NCBI GenBank assembly: GCA_027451625.1 | Contig: DAIDIY010000011.1 | Coordinates: forward strand, 1 to 59,951 | DNA: 59,951 bases | Direction: 5' to 3' | Source: Candidatus Daviesbacteria bacterium | GTDB lineage: Bacteria > Patescibacteriota > Microgenomatia > Daviesbacterales > UBA10151 | Shown: positions 43,648-53,239 of the stretch, piece by piece | Layout of the letters: each line of letters opens with the position of its first letter | How positions within the stretch are numbered: the stretch's first letter is position 1 | Position numbers and translations under genes: made by a program | The notes under the pieces: model-generated | Databases searched by the model: none | What the model was told of the DNA's origin: nothing | What the model saw: only the letters and a program-made list of their open reading frames with translations

Positions 43648-43684
43648 TTGACTCATTTTAGCACTCGTGATATTATTCTGCTAA
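43648..43684 (+). promoter_or_regulatory. sigma70-type promoter overlapped by a CIRCE-like inverted repeat, upstream of lon
   Basis: TTGACT (43648-43653), a 17-nt spacer, TATTAT (43671-43676). TTAGCACTC (43658-43666), N9, TTCTGCTAA (43676-43684), compared with the CIRCE consensus TTAGCACTC-N9-GAGTGCTAA: the left arm matches 9/9 and the right arm 6/9. Confidence 0.5.
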
Positions 43685-43747
43685 AGTTTGACTATTCGAG
43701 GGGAAATTAAGTAGTTCACTCCTTCGAAGTAGCATTAGAGAAATTTT

Positions 43748-46174
43748 ATGATACCAGATCTCAATTTACATTCAATGAAATTACCAGACAGACTTCCAGT
43801 GGGTCCTTTAAGAGATACAGTAATGTTTCCTGGAACCTCTTTGCCGATTGTCTCCGGAAGGCCTAAAAGTAAAGCGGCTCTAGATAAAGCTTGGGAGACT
43901 AATAGATTAATTGTCTTCGTTGCTCAAAAAAATGGTCGAATTGAAGATCCTTCTGAAAAAGATCTTTATCAAGTTGGAACAGTATGTCTTCTGAAACGAA
44001 TGATTAAGAATCCAGAGGGAGAATATACTGTTTCGGCTGAAGGATTAGCTCGAGTTTTTATTAAAAATTTCACTCAGGATGAACCTTTCTTAGAAGCTGA
44101 AGTTGAAGAGATTCCAGAGCTTTTTGAGAAAACAGAAGAGATTGAGGCTTTAATGCGTAATGTTAGAGAACAATTTAAGAGATTTATTGAACTCGGAGGT
44201 AATCCCTTGTTTGATCCTGGAGCTCTCTCTAATTGGACAGCTAATTTAAGTATTATCTCTCATAACGATGATCCTAATTTATTAGTAAATTCTGTAGCTC
44301 AAGTAATTGAATTTAAAACTTTAGATAAACAGCAGATGTTGGAGATGGTTTCAGCAAGAGAGAGATTACAAAGGCTGTCAGAGCTTTTGGCAAAAGAGAT
44401 CAAAATTTTGGAGATCTCTCAAAATATATCTTCTAAAACTCAAGAGAGAGTCTCAAAGATGACTCGAGAGGCTATCTTGAGAGAACAGATGAGATCTATA
44501 GAGGAAGAGTTAGGAGAAAATGATGGAGGTCACAGTCAAGAAATCCATGAATTTGAACAAAAGATTAGACATTCAAAGATGCCTAAAGATGTTCGTGAAA
44601 AAGCTCTTCGTGAACTTTCAGCTTTGTCAAAGATGTCTCAATATAATCCGGAAGCATCTTATAAGAGGAATTATTTAGAGTGGCTGACTGATCTTCCATG
44701 GGGAGAAGGAACAACTGAAAAGGTAAATTTAAAAAAAGCAGAGGCAGTTTTAGATGAAGATCATTATGGATTAAAGAAGGTGAAGGAGAGAATTTTAGAA
44801 TACTTAGCTGTACATAAGCTTTCAGGTAAGATTAAGGGTCCTATTATTTGTTTTGTTGGACCTCCAGGAACTGGTAAAACTTCGATTGGAAAATCCATCG
44901 CACGAGCATTGGGAAGAAAATTTGTAAAGATCTCTCTCGGGGGTATTCGGGATGAGGCAGAGATAAGAGGTCATAGAAGAACTTATGTAGGAGCAATGCC
45001 GGGGAGAATATTACAAGGAATAAAACAGGCTGGGACTACAAACCCTGTCTTTATGTTAGATGAAATAGATAAGATAGGTGCAGATTATCGGGGTGACCCA
45101 TCAGCTGCATTGTTAGAAGCTTTAGATCCAGAACAAAATAATGCATTCTCTGATCATTATTTGGAAATCCCTTACGATCTTTCTAATGTAATGTTTATAA
45201 CAACGGCTAATATTTTAGATACGATTCCTCCGGCTCTTAGAGACCGATTAGAAATCATTAGATATGCCGGATATACTGAGAATGAAAAATTTCATATAGC
45301 CAGGCAATATTTGATTCCTAAACAGATTGCAATACACGGTCTGAAAGAAGATGGCGTTGAGATCACAGATGATGGAGTTTATACCATGATTAGTCAATAT
45401 ACTAGGGAAGCGGGAGTTAGAAATTTAGAGAGAGAAATTTCAGCAGTGGCTCGTAAAATTGCGCGTAAAGTGGCAGAAGGTAGCAAAGAGAAAAAATTTA
45501 TTGTTGATGCACAAGAGGTGAAGAAACTTTTAGGTCCAGCAACATTTTTGCCACAGCTGACAGAGGTGGAAAATACTGTAGGTATGTCTACAGGACTTGC
45601 TTGGACAGAGGTAGGAGGAGAGATTATGTTCATAGAGGTAACTTTGATGCCTGGACGTGGTCAGCTGATTTTGACAGGTAACCTTGGAGATGTAATGAAA
45701 GAGTCAGCTCAGGCTGCAATGTCATATGTTCGATCTCATTGGCAGATTTTAGGATTAAATGAAAAGTTTTATCAAAAGGTAGATGTACATGTGCATGTAC
45801 CAGAAGGTGCGGTACCTAAAGATGGTCCATCGGCAGGAATAGCCTTAACCTCAGCTATAGTCTCAGCATTCACAAGGATTCCTGTTAAGAAGGAAGTAGC
45901 TATGACTGGAGAAGTTACGCTTCGGGGAAGAGTTTTAGAAATTGGAGGATTGAAAGAGAAAGTACTTGCAGCGCATAGAGCTGGTGTAAGAGTAGTTATT
46001 GTTCCTGAGAATAATCGTAAAGATTTGGAGGATATCCCTGATTATGTTCTTTCAGAGATAAAATTTGTTTTTGTTAAAGATATGAAGGAAGTTTTGGATA
46101 ATGCTTTAACAAGTCCTCCAGTTCCAAGATCATTAAAAAATTTACCTAAGGGGACATATCCGGCACTAGCTTAA
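43748..46174 (+). CDS. lon: ATP-dependent Lon protease
   Basis: LON N-terminal domain, Walker A motif GPPGTGKTS, Walker B motif FMLDEIDK, catalytic PKDGPSAG and a downstream Lys region (TGEVTLRGRVLEIGGLKEK). Confidence 0.95.
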   Translation: MIPDLNLHSMKLPDRLPVGPLRDTVMFPGTSLPIVSGRPKSKAALDKAWETNRLIVFVAQKNGRIEDPSEKDLYQVGTVCLLKRMIKNPEGEYTVSAEGLARVFIKNFTQDEPFLEAEVEEIPELFEKTEEIEALMRNVREQFKRFIELGGNPLFDPGALSNWTANLSIISHNDDPNLLVNSVAQVIEFKTLDKQQMLEMVSARERLQRLSELLAKEIKILEISQNISSKTQERVSKMTREAILREQMRSIEEELGENDGGHSQEIHEFEQKIRHSKMPKDVREKALRELSALSKMSQYNPEASYKRNYLEWLTDLPWGEGTTEKVNLKKAEAVLDEDHYGLKKVKERILEYLAVHKLSGKIKGPIICFVGPPGTGKTSIGKSIARALGRKFVKISLGGIRDEAEIRGHRRTYVGAMPGRILQGIKQAGTTNPVFMLDEIDKIGADYRGDPSAALLEALDPEQNNAFSDHYLEIPYDLSNVMFITTANILDTIPPALRDRLEIIRYAGYTENEKFHIARQYLIPKQIAIHGLKEDGVEITDDGVYTMISQYTREAGVRNLEREISAVARKIARKVAEGSKEKKFIVDAQEVKKLLGPATFLPQLTEVENTVGMSTGLAWTEVGGEIMFIEVTLMPGRGQLILTGNLGDVMKESAQAAMSYVRSHWQILGLNEKFYQKVDVHVHVPEGAVPKDGPSAGIALTSAIVSAFTRIPVKKEVAMTGEVTLRGRVLEIGGLKEKVLAAHRAGVRVVIVPENNRKDLEDIPDYVLSEIKFVFVKDMKEVLDNALTSPPVPRSLKNLPKGTYPALA

Positions 46175-46214
46175 GCTATTGCAATTGATCTTTTGATTTC
46201 TTAAAATACTCTTC

Positions 46215-46724
46215 ATGGGAATAAGTAATTTGCCAGCAGGAGAGAACTATCCTGATGAATTTAATGTAGTTGTGGAAATACCTCGTGGTAGTCGGAATAA
46301 ATATGAATATAGTGAAGACCTTGATGTGATTAAATTAGATCGGGTTTATTATACGGCTATGACTCCTCCATTCGAATATGGATTCATTCCTCAAACTAGA
46401 TCTGCAGATGGAGATCACCTAGATGTTGTTTTAGTCATGGGAACTTCAGTTGCTCCAGGAATTGTAGTTGAAGCACGAGCAATTGGAGTAATTAAAATGA
46501 TTGATAACGGAGAAGAAGATGAAAAAATTGTAGCTGTTCCTGTTAAAGATCCTCGTTTTGTACATGTAGCAACAGTAGAAGATCTATCGGGGTATTTTAC
46601 AAAAGAAGTACAGCATTATTTTGAGCATTATAAAGATTTAGAAAATAAGAGAGTGGAGATTACAGGGTGGGGAGATAAAGAAGAAGCGATTAAAGTTCTA
46701 AAACAATCTCTTGAATCTAAATAA
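46215..46724 (+). CDS. ppa: family I inorganic pyrophosphatase
   Basis: EIPRGSRNKYEY, DGDHLDVV, DNGEEDEKIVAV, HYFEHYKDLE. Confidence 0.9.
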   Translation: MGISNLPAGENYPDEFNVVVEIPRGSRNKYEYSEDLDVIKLDRVYYTAMTPPFEYGFIPQTRSADGDHLDVVLVMGTSVAPGIVVEARAIGVIKMIDNGEEDEKIVAVPVKDPRFVHVATVEDLSGYFTKEVQHYFEHYKDLENKRVEITGWGDKEEAIKVLKQSLESK

Positions 46725-46731
46725 GCTTTGA

Positions 46732-47142
46732 TTAGGCTTGAGCGATATTACTTGGTTTCCCCTCAATGAAATTTTTTACTTCCTGAACTATCTGATCAGG
46801 AGTATAAGAAGCTTTTATTAAATATCCTACAGAACCTAAGGCAAAACTTTCTTTAATTATAGATTCCTGTCCTAGGTTAGTAAGTAGCACTACAGCCATT
46901 CCAGAAGTTGCTTGATCAGCTTTAATTCTGCGTAATATCTCCAGTCCATTAATGTCGGGCAACATAACATCTAGGAGAAGCAGATCGTATTGATTTTTCT
47001 TTAATGCTTCTAGACCAGTTGTTCCATTAGGAAATGCATCAGTTGTAAACCCTGCGAGATCTAATTGTCTTTTATAGAGATCTCGAATAAAATCTTCATC
47101 TTCGATAAGTATAATTCTTTTTTTGGAATCATCAGAATCCAT
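46732..47142 (-). CDS. stand-alone receiver (CheY-like) response regulator
   Basis: RIILIEDEDF, phospho-acceptor LLLLDVMLPDING, LTNLG, GYLIKA. No output domain. ATG at 47142 preferred over the TTG at 47166. Confidence 0.85.
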   Translation of the reverse strand: MDSDDSKKRIILIEDEDFIRDLYKRQLDLAGFTTDAFPNGTTGLEALKKNQYDLLLLDVMLPDINGLEILRRIKADQATSGMAVVLLTNLGQESIIKESFALGSVGYLIKASYTPDQIVQEVKNFIEGKPSNIAQA

Positions 47143-47184
47143 TGTATGTTCACAATACAACGTCAAGTAATTTTATGCAATAGT

Positions 47185-49452
47185 TCATTGTCCAGTCGGC
47201 AAAGAAAAACTGAATGTAGATCCTTTACCGACCTCTGAGTCTACCCATATTTTTCCATTGTGCATATCAATAATTGATTTGGAGATATAAAGACCTAATC
47301 CTGTTCCTTTAGCACTCATTTCAAGCTTCCCCCATGCTCTAAAGAATTTAGTAAATAAATGGGGGATAGCTTCTTTTGATATACCTTCCCCAGTATCTTG
47401 GATGTGAGTAATAACCTCATTCCCTTTTACCTCCACCCATATAGTGATAGATCCTCCAGGATGGGTATAGTTGATAGCATTGGCAATTAGATTAGATAAT
47501 ACTTCACTAATACGAAGTTTATCAGCAAAAACTTTAGGAATCGGCTGCTGGGGCTCAATAAAGGTAAACTGTTGATTTTTATCAGTAGCTTTAATTAAGA
47601 AGTCTCCCATTACTGTCTTGACTGTAACAATCCAATCTAAAGGTTCAGGATTAATTCGCACGATCCCTCTCTCGATCCTTGAGACGCTAAGAAGATTTTC
47701 TACCAGTGATGTTAGTTGTTGAGCGGAGATATCAACCTTTTGTAGAGCTGATTTTTCTTCACTGTTTAGTTTCATCATCATCTGTTTCATAAATACTGAT
47801 AGATACCCTTTTATAGCTGTAAGTGGGGTTCTTAATTCATGAGCTGCCATTGATACAAAGTCTAACTTCATTTCCTCCAATTGTTTCTCTTCTGTCATTT
47901 CATGAAGAGTGATTATACATCCTAAGTTAAAAGAGGCTCCTTTGGCAGTTTTTGCGGAAGTTATATTTACAAAAACTTCATTGTTTTCCTTAGTTCTAGA
48001 AGTGCTTAGCTTTACTTCCAAAGCTTGAAAAACAACTCCTTCATAAGGATCAAATCGAATAGGACAATAGGTATTTACTGGAATTTTTATCCCTTTTATG
48101 AATAATTGTAAAATTATATCTAATGGTTTACCTAAAACCTCAGTCTCGTTATATCCAGTAATATTTTGGGCGATTTTATTAAAAAGTATAATATTGCGAT
48201 GTAGATCTACAACAATAATGGCGTCAGCAGTATTATATATTGTGGCCAATAATTTGTTTCTGTCAGATAGTAAAATGTTTTTATCACGAGTTAACCTAGA
48301 AAGAAACACCTTGAGATTATTTGCCATTGAGTTAAAGCTGTTTCCCAGCTCTCCTATCTCATCACGCCTTTTAAAATTAATCTTATATCCGAACTCGATA
48401 TTACTAAGATATCCAATGCCTTGCTGAATATTTTTGAGAGGTATGACGATCTGCCGTGAGATCAAAAATCCAATTGTGGCAGCTAGACTTAAAAGGACTA
48501 ATAATAAAACTAGCTCAAGAATGATCAATTGATTCGAAACAACTGGGAATTCGTTAACTGGAATTTGGGAGATTATTCCCAAGTTAGTTGGCGATAGATG
48601 CACTTCCTCCATAATAGAAATAATATTTTTTTCATTAGGGACAATCGCTACATTATTAAATGAAGAATCTTTTATAGAATTTGATGATAAGAATTTAGCA
48701 ACTATAGGTAAGGAAGAAAGATTTTTTTTAGACGAATTTGTTGTATTCGAAGGATAAGTTAAACGAATCCCTTGATTATCAACTAAAAAGACAGATCCAT
48801 GAGATCCAATTTTAAAAGAGTTAATGATGGACCAGATAGAATTAAGGTTATATTTTGCTTCAAGAACTCCAAAATAATCTCCAGGTTTTAATTGGTTTGT
48901 TTGTTTTTTTGAGTTAGGAGACTGCGATATTGGGGTGATCTTTGATACTATAACAGGAACAGCAATTGTTATTATGGGTTTGTTATTAACAAAACTAACA
49001 GGACTAAAATATCCTGAGTTCCCTAATTTAAGAGTATTTTTGAAAAGAGGAGTTCCAGATTGGTTTGTAAGTTCGCTTTGGGAATAAAGATGACTAGCAG
49101 TTGCTTTAATTAATTCTTTACCATTTTTATCCAGAAGTGTAATTTCTTCTAAATCTTTATCTTCTATTAAATAGGTTTGGAGTTGTTGGCTTACATTTGA
49201 TAGATCAGAAGATAAAATAGTTTGATTCTGAGCATATATAAGCAGGTTCGCCTTTTTAGATAGGAAATATTGTTCAAGCTGTTGTTTTATATTAAGGGTA
49301 CTAATACTAAGGAGGTTTGATCCTTCCTTTAATGATTGCTGATACGATAGCTGAATCCAGATTAGATTAGTTCCTAGATATGTTAAGGCAGTAAGAATTA
49401 AAAAAAGCGTTAATATCTTTATATATAAAGAATACTTTTTGGGCAGATGCAT
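47185..49452 (-). CDS. sensor histidine kinase (extracytoplasmic Cache-like, HAMP, PAS, HisKA, HATPase_c domains)
   Basis: Two TM segments flank a ~280-aa sensor domain. HAMP region (RRDEIGELGNSFNSMA). PAS region (DAIIVVD...ITGYNETEVLGK). H-box AAHELRTPLTAIKGY. N-box LSNLIANAINYT. G-boxes DTGEGI and GTGLGLYISKSI. Confidence 0.9.
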   Translation of the reverse strand: MHLPKKYSLYIKILTLFLILTALTYLGTNLIWIQLSYQQSLKEGSNLLSISTLNIKQQLEQYFLSKKANLLIYAQNQTILSSDLSNVSQQLQTYLIEDKDLEEITLLDKNGKELIKATASHLYSQSELTNQSGTPLFKNTLKLGNSGYFSPVSFVNNKPIITIAVPVIVSKITPISQSPNSKKQTNQLKPGDYFGVLEAKYNLNSIWSIINSFKIGSHGSVFLVDNQGIRLTYPSNTTNSSKKNLSSLPIVAKFLSSNSIKDSSFNNVAIVPNEKNIISIMEEVHLSPTNLGIISQIPVNEFPVVSNQLIILELVLLLVLLSLAATIGFLISRQIVIPLKNIQQGIGYLSNIEFGYKINFKRRDEIGELGNSFNSMANNLKVFLSRLTRDKNILLSDRNKLLATIYNTADAIIVVDLHRNIILFNKIAQNITGYNETEVLGKPLDIILQLFIKGIKIPVNTYCPIRFDPYEGVVFQALEVKLSTSRTKENNEVFVNITSAKTAKGASFNLGCIITLHEMTEEKQLEEMKLDFVSMAAHELRTPLTAIKGYLSVFMKQMMMKLNSEEKSALQKVDISAQQLTSLVENLLSVSRIERGIVRINPEPLDWIVTVKTVMGDFLIKATDKNQQFTFIEPQQPIPKVFADKLRISEVLSNLIANAINYTHPGGSITIWVEVKGNEVITHIQDTGEGISKEAIPHLFTKFFRAWGKLEMSAKGTGLGLYISKSIIDMHNGKIWVDSEVGKGSTFSFSLPTGQ

Positions 49453-49547
49453 ATGTTTATCTTATTCTCATTCTAACAAGGTAGCTATCATGTTGACAAT
49501 TGAATACTCGCTTATGGCCAAGCAAAGAAGATAAAAAAATAGTTAAT

Positions 49548-49955
49548 CTATTTTACAACAACAATTCCTTGAATTTTTGGATGGAGAAAATCATGATAAC
49601 CAAAATTTCCAGTTTTTGGAAATGTTAAAGTTTTGTACTCTCCCGGCTGTAAAAGATCAATAGAATTTAGAGGAGGATAAGCATTATCGATAGGATGAGG
49701 ATTTGAGTCTATCTGATGTACTTGATTATCTTTATTGACCCAGGTCACACTGTCTCCAGCTTTTATAGTCATAACTGCTGGATAAAATCCTGATGATGTA
49801 ATTTCTATTACATTTTGGCTAACAATATCTGATACCATTGAGGTTGAAGCAGAGGGAGATGGTATATCTTTTAAATGATTATAGATTCTATATCCAACAT
49901 ATAAAAAAAGAGATAAAAAGACAATTCCACAAGTTATATACCATCGCTTATTCAT
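49548..49955 (-). CDS. membrane-anchored cupredoxin-fold protein lacking the canonical copper-ligand Cys
   Basis: TM segment ITCGIVFLSLFLYVGYRIY. ITSSGFYPAVMTIKAGDSVTWVNKDNQVHQI... and GNFGYHDFLHPKIQGIVVV follow the plastocyanin/amicyanin-like template, but read D and I where I expect Cys and Met. Confidence 0.55.
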   Translation of the reverse strand: MNKRWYITCGIVFLSLFLYVGYRIYNHLKDIPSPSASTSMVSDIVSQNVIEITSSGFYPAVMTIKAGDSVTWVNKDNQVHQIDSNPHPIDNAYPPLNSIDLLQPGEYKTLTFPKTGNFGYHDFLHPKIQGIVVVK

Positions 49956-50111
49956 ATATATACTCTATAAGTATCATATAAAAACTGTCAAGCATGCTAG
50001 ATCTTAGAAATTAGATAAATTAAATTTATATATGTAGAATAACTAGTTTATTAATCGCTTTGGATAGATTTTTTACAGATGTTTAATCTCTTCGTAGTAT
50101 AATGGTTTAAA

Positions 50112-50474
50112 ATGAAGTTGAATGATCTTACAGCAGAGGAAAAGGCGGTAATAGTTGATAAAAAAACCGAACCTCCATTTGGTGGAGAATATGATAATTT
50201 TTTTAAAGAAGGAGTCTATATATGCAGACGCTGTAATACTCCTCTCTATACATCTGAGAGTAAATTTCATTCTGGATGCGGCTGGCCGAGCTTTGATCAA
50301 GAGATCCCGGGGAGAGTAAGAAGAGTCATTGATCATGATGGAATGAGAACGGAGATACTATGTGCTTTGTGCGGAGCCCATTTAGGACATGTGTTTCTTA
50401 ATGAAGGGTATACTGCCAAAAACACAAGACACTGTGTTAATTCTCTATCGATTAAATTTGTACCAAAAAAATGA
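50112..50474 (+). CDS. msrB: peptide-methionine (R)-S-oxide reductase MsrB
   Basis: Zinc motifs CRRCNTPL and CALCGAHLGHVF, GCGWPSF, and catalytic RHCVNS. Confidence 0.9.
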   Translation: MKLNDLTAEEKAVIVDKKTEPPFGGEYDNFFKEGVYICRRCNTPLYTSESKFHSGCGWPSFDQEIPGRVRRVIDHDGMRTEILCALCGAHLGHVFLNEGYTAKNTRHCVNSLSIKFVPKK

Positions 50475-51013
50475 GCAGGAATGATTTTGAGATTGCAGTC
50501 TTTGGTGGAGGATGCTTTTGGTGTACTGAAGCTATTTTTGCAAAAGTAAAAGGTGTTATCATAGTGAAATGTGGATATGCTGGGGGAAATGTACAAAATC
50601 CTACATATCTACAAGTAAGTGAAGGTAATACTGGATATGCCGAAGTAATCCAATTAGAGTTTGATCCGAAAATAATTTCCTACAGTGAATTATTAGATAT
50701 CTTTTGGCATATTCACAATCCATTTACACTTAATCGACAAGGTCCAGATATTGGAACTCAATACCGTTCAGTAATTTTTTACACAACTGATAAACAGCAA
50801 GAAGAAGCACAGAAATCTATGAAGTTTTATTCCGAATCTGAAGCCGCAGGAAATCCAGTTGTAACTAAAATTTTACCTCTTGAGAAATTTTATTTAGCTG
50901 AAGAATATCATCAAAACTATTTTGAAAAAAATCCGACTCAGCCTTATTGTCAGTTGGTCATTAACCCAAAACTAAATAAATTTTTAGAAAGATATCAAGA
51001 TAAATTAAAGTAA
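50471..51013 (+). CDS. msrA: peptide-methionine (S)-S-oxide reductase MsrA
   Basis: GGGCFWCTEA catalytic motif, GYAGG, GYAEVIQLEFDP, QYRSVIFY, EYHQNY. ATGA overlap with msrB. Confidence 0.9.
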   Translation: MSRNDFEIAVFGGGCFWCTEAIFAKVKGVIIVKCGYAGGNVQNPTYLQVSEGNTGYAEVIQLEFDPKIISYSELLDIFWHIHNPFTLNRQGPDIGTQYRSVIFYTTDKQQEEAQKSMKFYSESEAAGNPVVTKILPLEKFYLAEEYHQNYFEKNPTQPYCQLVINPKLNKFLERYQDKLK

Positions 51014-51163
51014 TTTTAGAAATTTCTTCTATTTCCTACAATATTTAGATAAAACAATTTTTATTTAAAGTTAACCCTCTGAAATTTAAAAAGGCAAATT
51101 TTTAAGGATTTATTGATGCTATAGGTGATATTTGTTAGGATGTGTTTGTTTAATATTTATATT

Positions 51164-52771
51164 ATGGCTAAATTATTCCATAAATATATTTTTTATCTAG
51201 AGATATTAATCACTATATTTGTATTTGTACTAAGTACTTTATTTAAGCTAATACCCTCGCTTAACTATAATTTCGATTTTACGTTTGATCAAGGGAGAGA
51301 TATGATTGTTTTGAGAGATATCGTTGTTGGGCATCATCTAACACTAATTGGCCCGACTACAAGTATCAGTGGGGTTTTTTTAGGTCCATTTTGGTTTTAT
51401 TTTAATATAATACCTTTTATTCTCGGTAGAGGAGATCCCGCGCTGTTGACTTATTGGCTTATATTTTGGTATCAATTGAGTGCAATAGCGATATTTTTCG
51501 TTTTTAAAAAATTTGATAGAGTTTTAGCTTTTATTACTACCATAGTCTTTTTATCTACACCTGCATTTTTTTACTCTAGTCGTTATTTTTGGAATGCAAA
51601 CGGTGCTCCCTTGGGATTTGTTTTTTATTTTTTAGTTTTAATGATTTATCTTAAAAATAATTCTTATAAAAAGGGATTTATTTTAGGAATAATCAGTGGA
51701 CTTCCTCTCCAACTTGAAGCTGCAATTGGAATTTTAGCGCTTCCCTTTTCGATAATAATTATTTTATTATTAAAAGGTAAACGGTTTAAAAATCTTTTAG
51801 CCTATTTTTTAGGATTTTCACTTACTCTATTGCCACAAATTATATTTGATATTAAAAATCATTTCTTAATGTCAAAAAATTTTATAAATGAATTTACTAA
51901 CAGATCGCATAGCTTGGGATCTTCTCTGGGGATTGGAGATACTTTTAGAACTCATATTTATGATTTTTTCTCAATTTTAGTTCAGGCTTTACAGATAAAA
52001 GTACCTTTTTATTATTATCTTCTACTATTGATGGTAGTTGTATTATTTTTTCTTACGATGATTCATAAGTTTAACAAAAGGATAGAAACTAAGATTTTTA
52101 TTAAAGAGCTACCCGATTACGATTATAAATTATTTATTGTATCTTTTTCTTTTATCCTTCTATCTTTTATTTTTATACTCTTTTATAGATTTGTGATCTA
52201 TGATTGGTACTTAACAGGACTTTATGTACCTTTTGTTTTCATAATAAGTATATTTTTTACTTTAACTTTAAGGCTTAGAAATTTATTAATAAAATTAGCA
52301 TCTATTTTAACTCTTGTTATACTATTATTTTCCGCCTATAGCTACCAGTTACGGTTTTTCCCTAAATCATCATCAAAGGATAGAAGTATATTGGCAAATG
52401 AGCTAGCAGATATTGATTGGGTGTATAAAAATGCAGATGGACAAGGTTTTAAAGCTTATAATTATGTCCCAGCTGTTTATGATTTTAATTACCAGTATTT
52501 ATATTGGTGGTATGGGACTAAAAAATATGGTTACCAACCTTTTTCTGTCTCCTATTTAGATAATGTCCCTCAATATATTCCTGATAATAATCTCTTCTGG
52601 CATCATAAAAGGAGCTTGTCTTCTAAATATCCAATTTTTTTAATTATTGAACAAAATATTGGTAATCCTCAATTCCTTTATGCTTGGAGAGGTAATTTTA
52701 CTAAATATTGTTCTGTGAAAAGCAAAAACTTTATATGGTCAACTAAAGTTGAGGAGCTTAAAGGGTGTTAG
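51164..52771 (+). CDS. polytopic GT-C-like membrane glycosyltransferase candidate (ArnT/PMT-like)
   Basis: About 12 predicted TM segments. An acidic motif, FDQGRDM, lies in the first extracytoplasmic loop. Soluble C-terminal ~130 aa. ATG at 51164 preferred over the GTG at 51125. Confidence 0.45.
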   Translation: MAKLFHKYIFYLEILITIFVFVLSTLFKLIPSLNYNFDFTFDQGRDMIVLRDIVVGHHLTLIGPTTSISGVFLGPFWFYFNIIPFILGRGDPALLTYWLIFWYQLSAIAIFFVFKKFDRVLAFITTIVFLSTPAFFYSSRYFWNANGAPLGFVFYFLVLMIYLKNNSYKKGFILGIISGLPLQLEAAIGILALPFSIIIILLLKGKRFKNLLAYFLGFSLTLLPQIIFDIKNHFLMSKNFINEFTNRSHSLGSSLGIGDTFRTHIYDFFSILVQALQIKVPFYYYLLLLMVVVLFFLTMIHKFNKRIETKIFIKELPDYDYKLFIVSFSFILLSFIFILFYRFVIYDWYLTGLYVPFVFIISIFFTLTLRLRNLLIKLASILTLVILLFSAYSYQLRFFPKSSSKDRSILANELADIDWVYKNADGQGFKAYNYVPAVYDFNYQYLYWWYGTKKYGYQPFSVSYLDNVPQYIPDNNLFWHHKRSLSSKYPIFLIIEQNIGNPQFLYAWRGNFTKYCSVKSKNFIWSTKVEELKGC

Positions 52772-53049
52772 TTAACAAGCAGCATTACGATTTTGAACTG
52801 AAACTTGGAGATATATTTAGCAATAAAAAAAATGAGCTACTACACTATAAATAAAGCTTATGTTGTAAGCGTTCTAAATTATAAGTCTTGTATTGTGTAT
52901 TTGGTGCTATTAAAATAAAAAGATAAGTGATTCAGGTCTGTCTCCAGAAGAGATAGGACTTTCTGCAGAATCTTCTATAAAGAGGATCAAATAAAATGAC
53001 TATGATAAAGGATTATATTAGGTGGTCTAGATCTCTTGGATCTTTTAAG

Positions 53050-53123
53050 TAGCGCGTACGGGAGTTGAACCCGTGATTTTCGGAATGAGAATCCGACGTC
53101 CTAGGCCACTAGACGAACGCGCC
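53050..53123 (-). tRNA. tRNA-Glu (anticodon CUC)
   Basis: The reverse complement is GGCGCGTTCGTCTAGTGGCCTAGGACGTCGGATTCTCATTCCGAAAATCACGGGTTCAACTCCCGTACGCGCTA. Anticodon stem TCGGA/TCCGA with loop TTCTCAT. T arm ACGGG-TTCAACT-CCCGT. Glu-type short D stem. G1-U72 wobble. No encoded CCA. Confidence 0.85.
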
Positions 53124-53203
53124 TTTTTAGGTATTCAACAGCCTAAATTTTAACAGAAAAATCATTGATTGTCATTCAAACGTAAATTAAAATTATCTAT
53201 CTC

Positions 53204-53233
53204 TTGTCACTTATTGTTTTTTTCCGTTATACT
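53204..53233 (+). promoter_or_regulatory. candidate promoter abutting the lysS start codon
   Basis: TTGTCA (53204-53209), an 18-nt spacer, TATACT (53228-53233), then 6 nt to the ATG at 53240. The track's TTG start coincides with the -35 hexamer. Confidence 0.35.
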
Positions 53234-53239
53234 ACAGCC

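Noticed and set aside
50073-50596. Two 87-aa minus-strand ORFs (50073-50336 and 50333-50596) opposite msrB and msrA.
   Set aside because: MsrB and MsrA on the plus strand have unmistakable catalytic motifs. The antisense ORFs are artefacts.
53124-53239. T-box leader or other riboswitch upstream of lysS, and likewise upstream of serS at 55285-55302.
   Set aside because: The spacers are too short and AT-rich. There is no specifier or antiterminator helix and no T-box sequence (AANNNGGGTGGTACCGCG-like). The lysS promoter candidate sits directly on the start codon.
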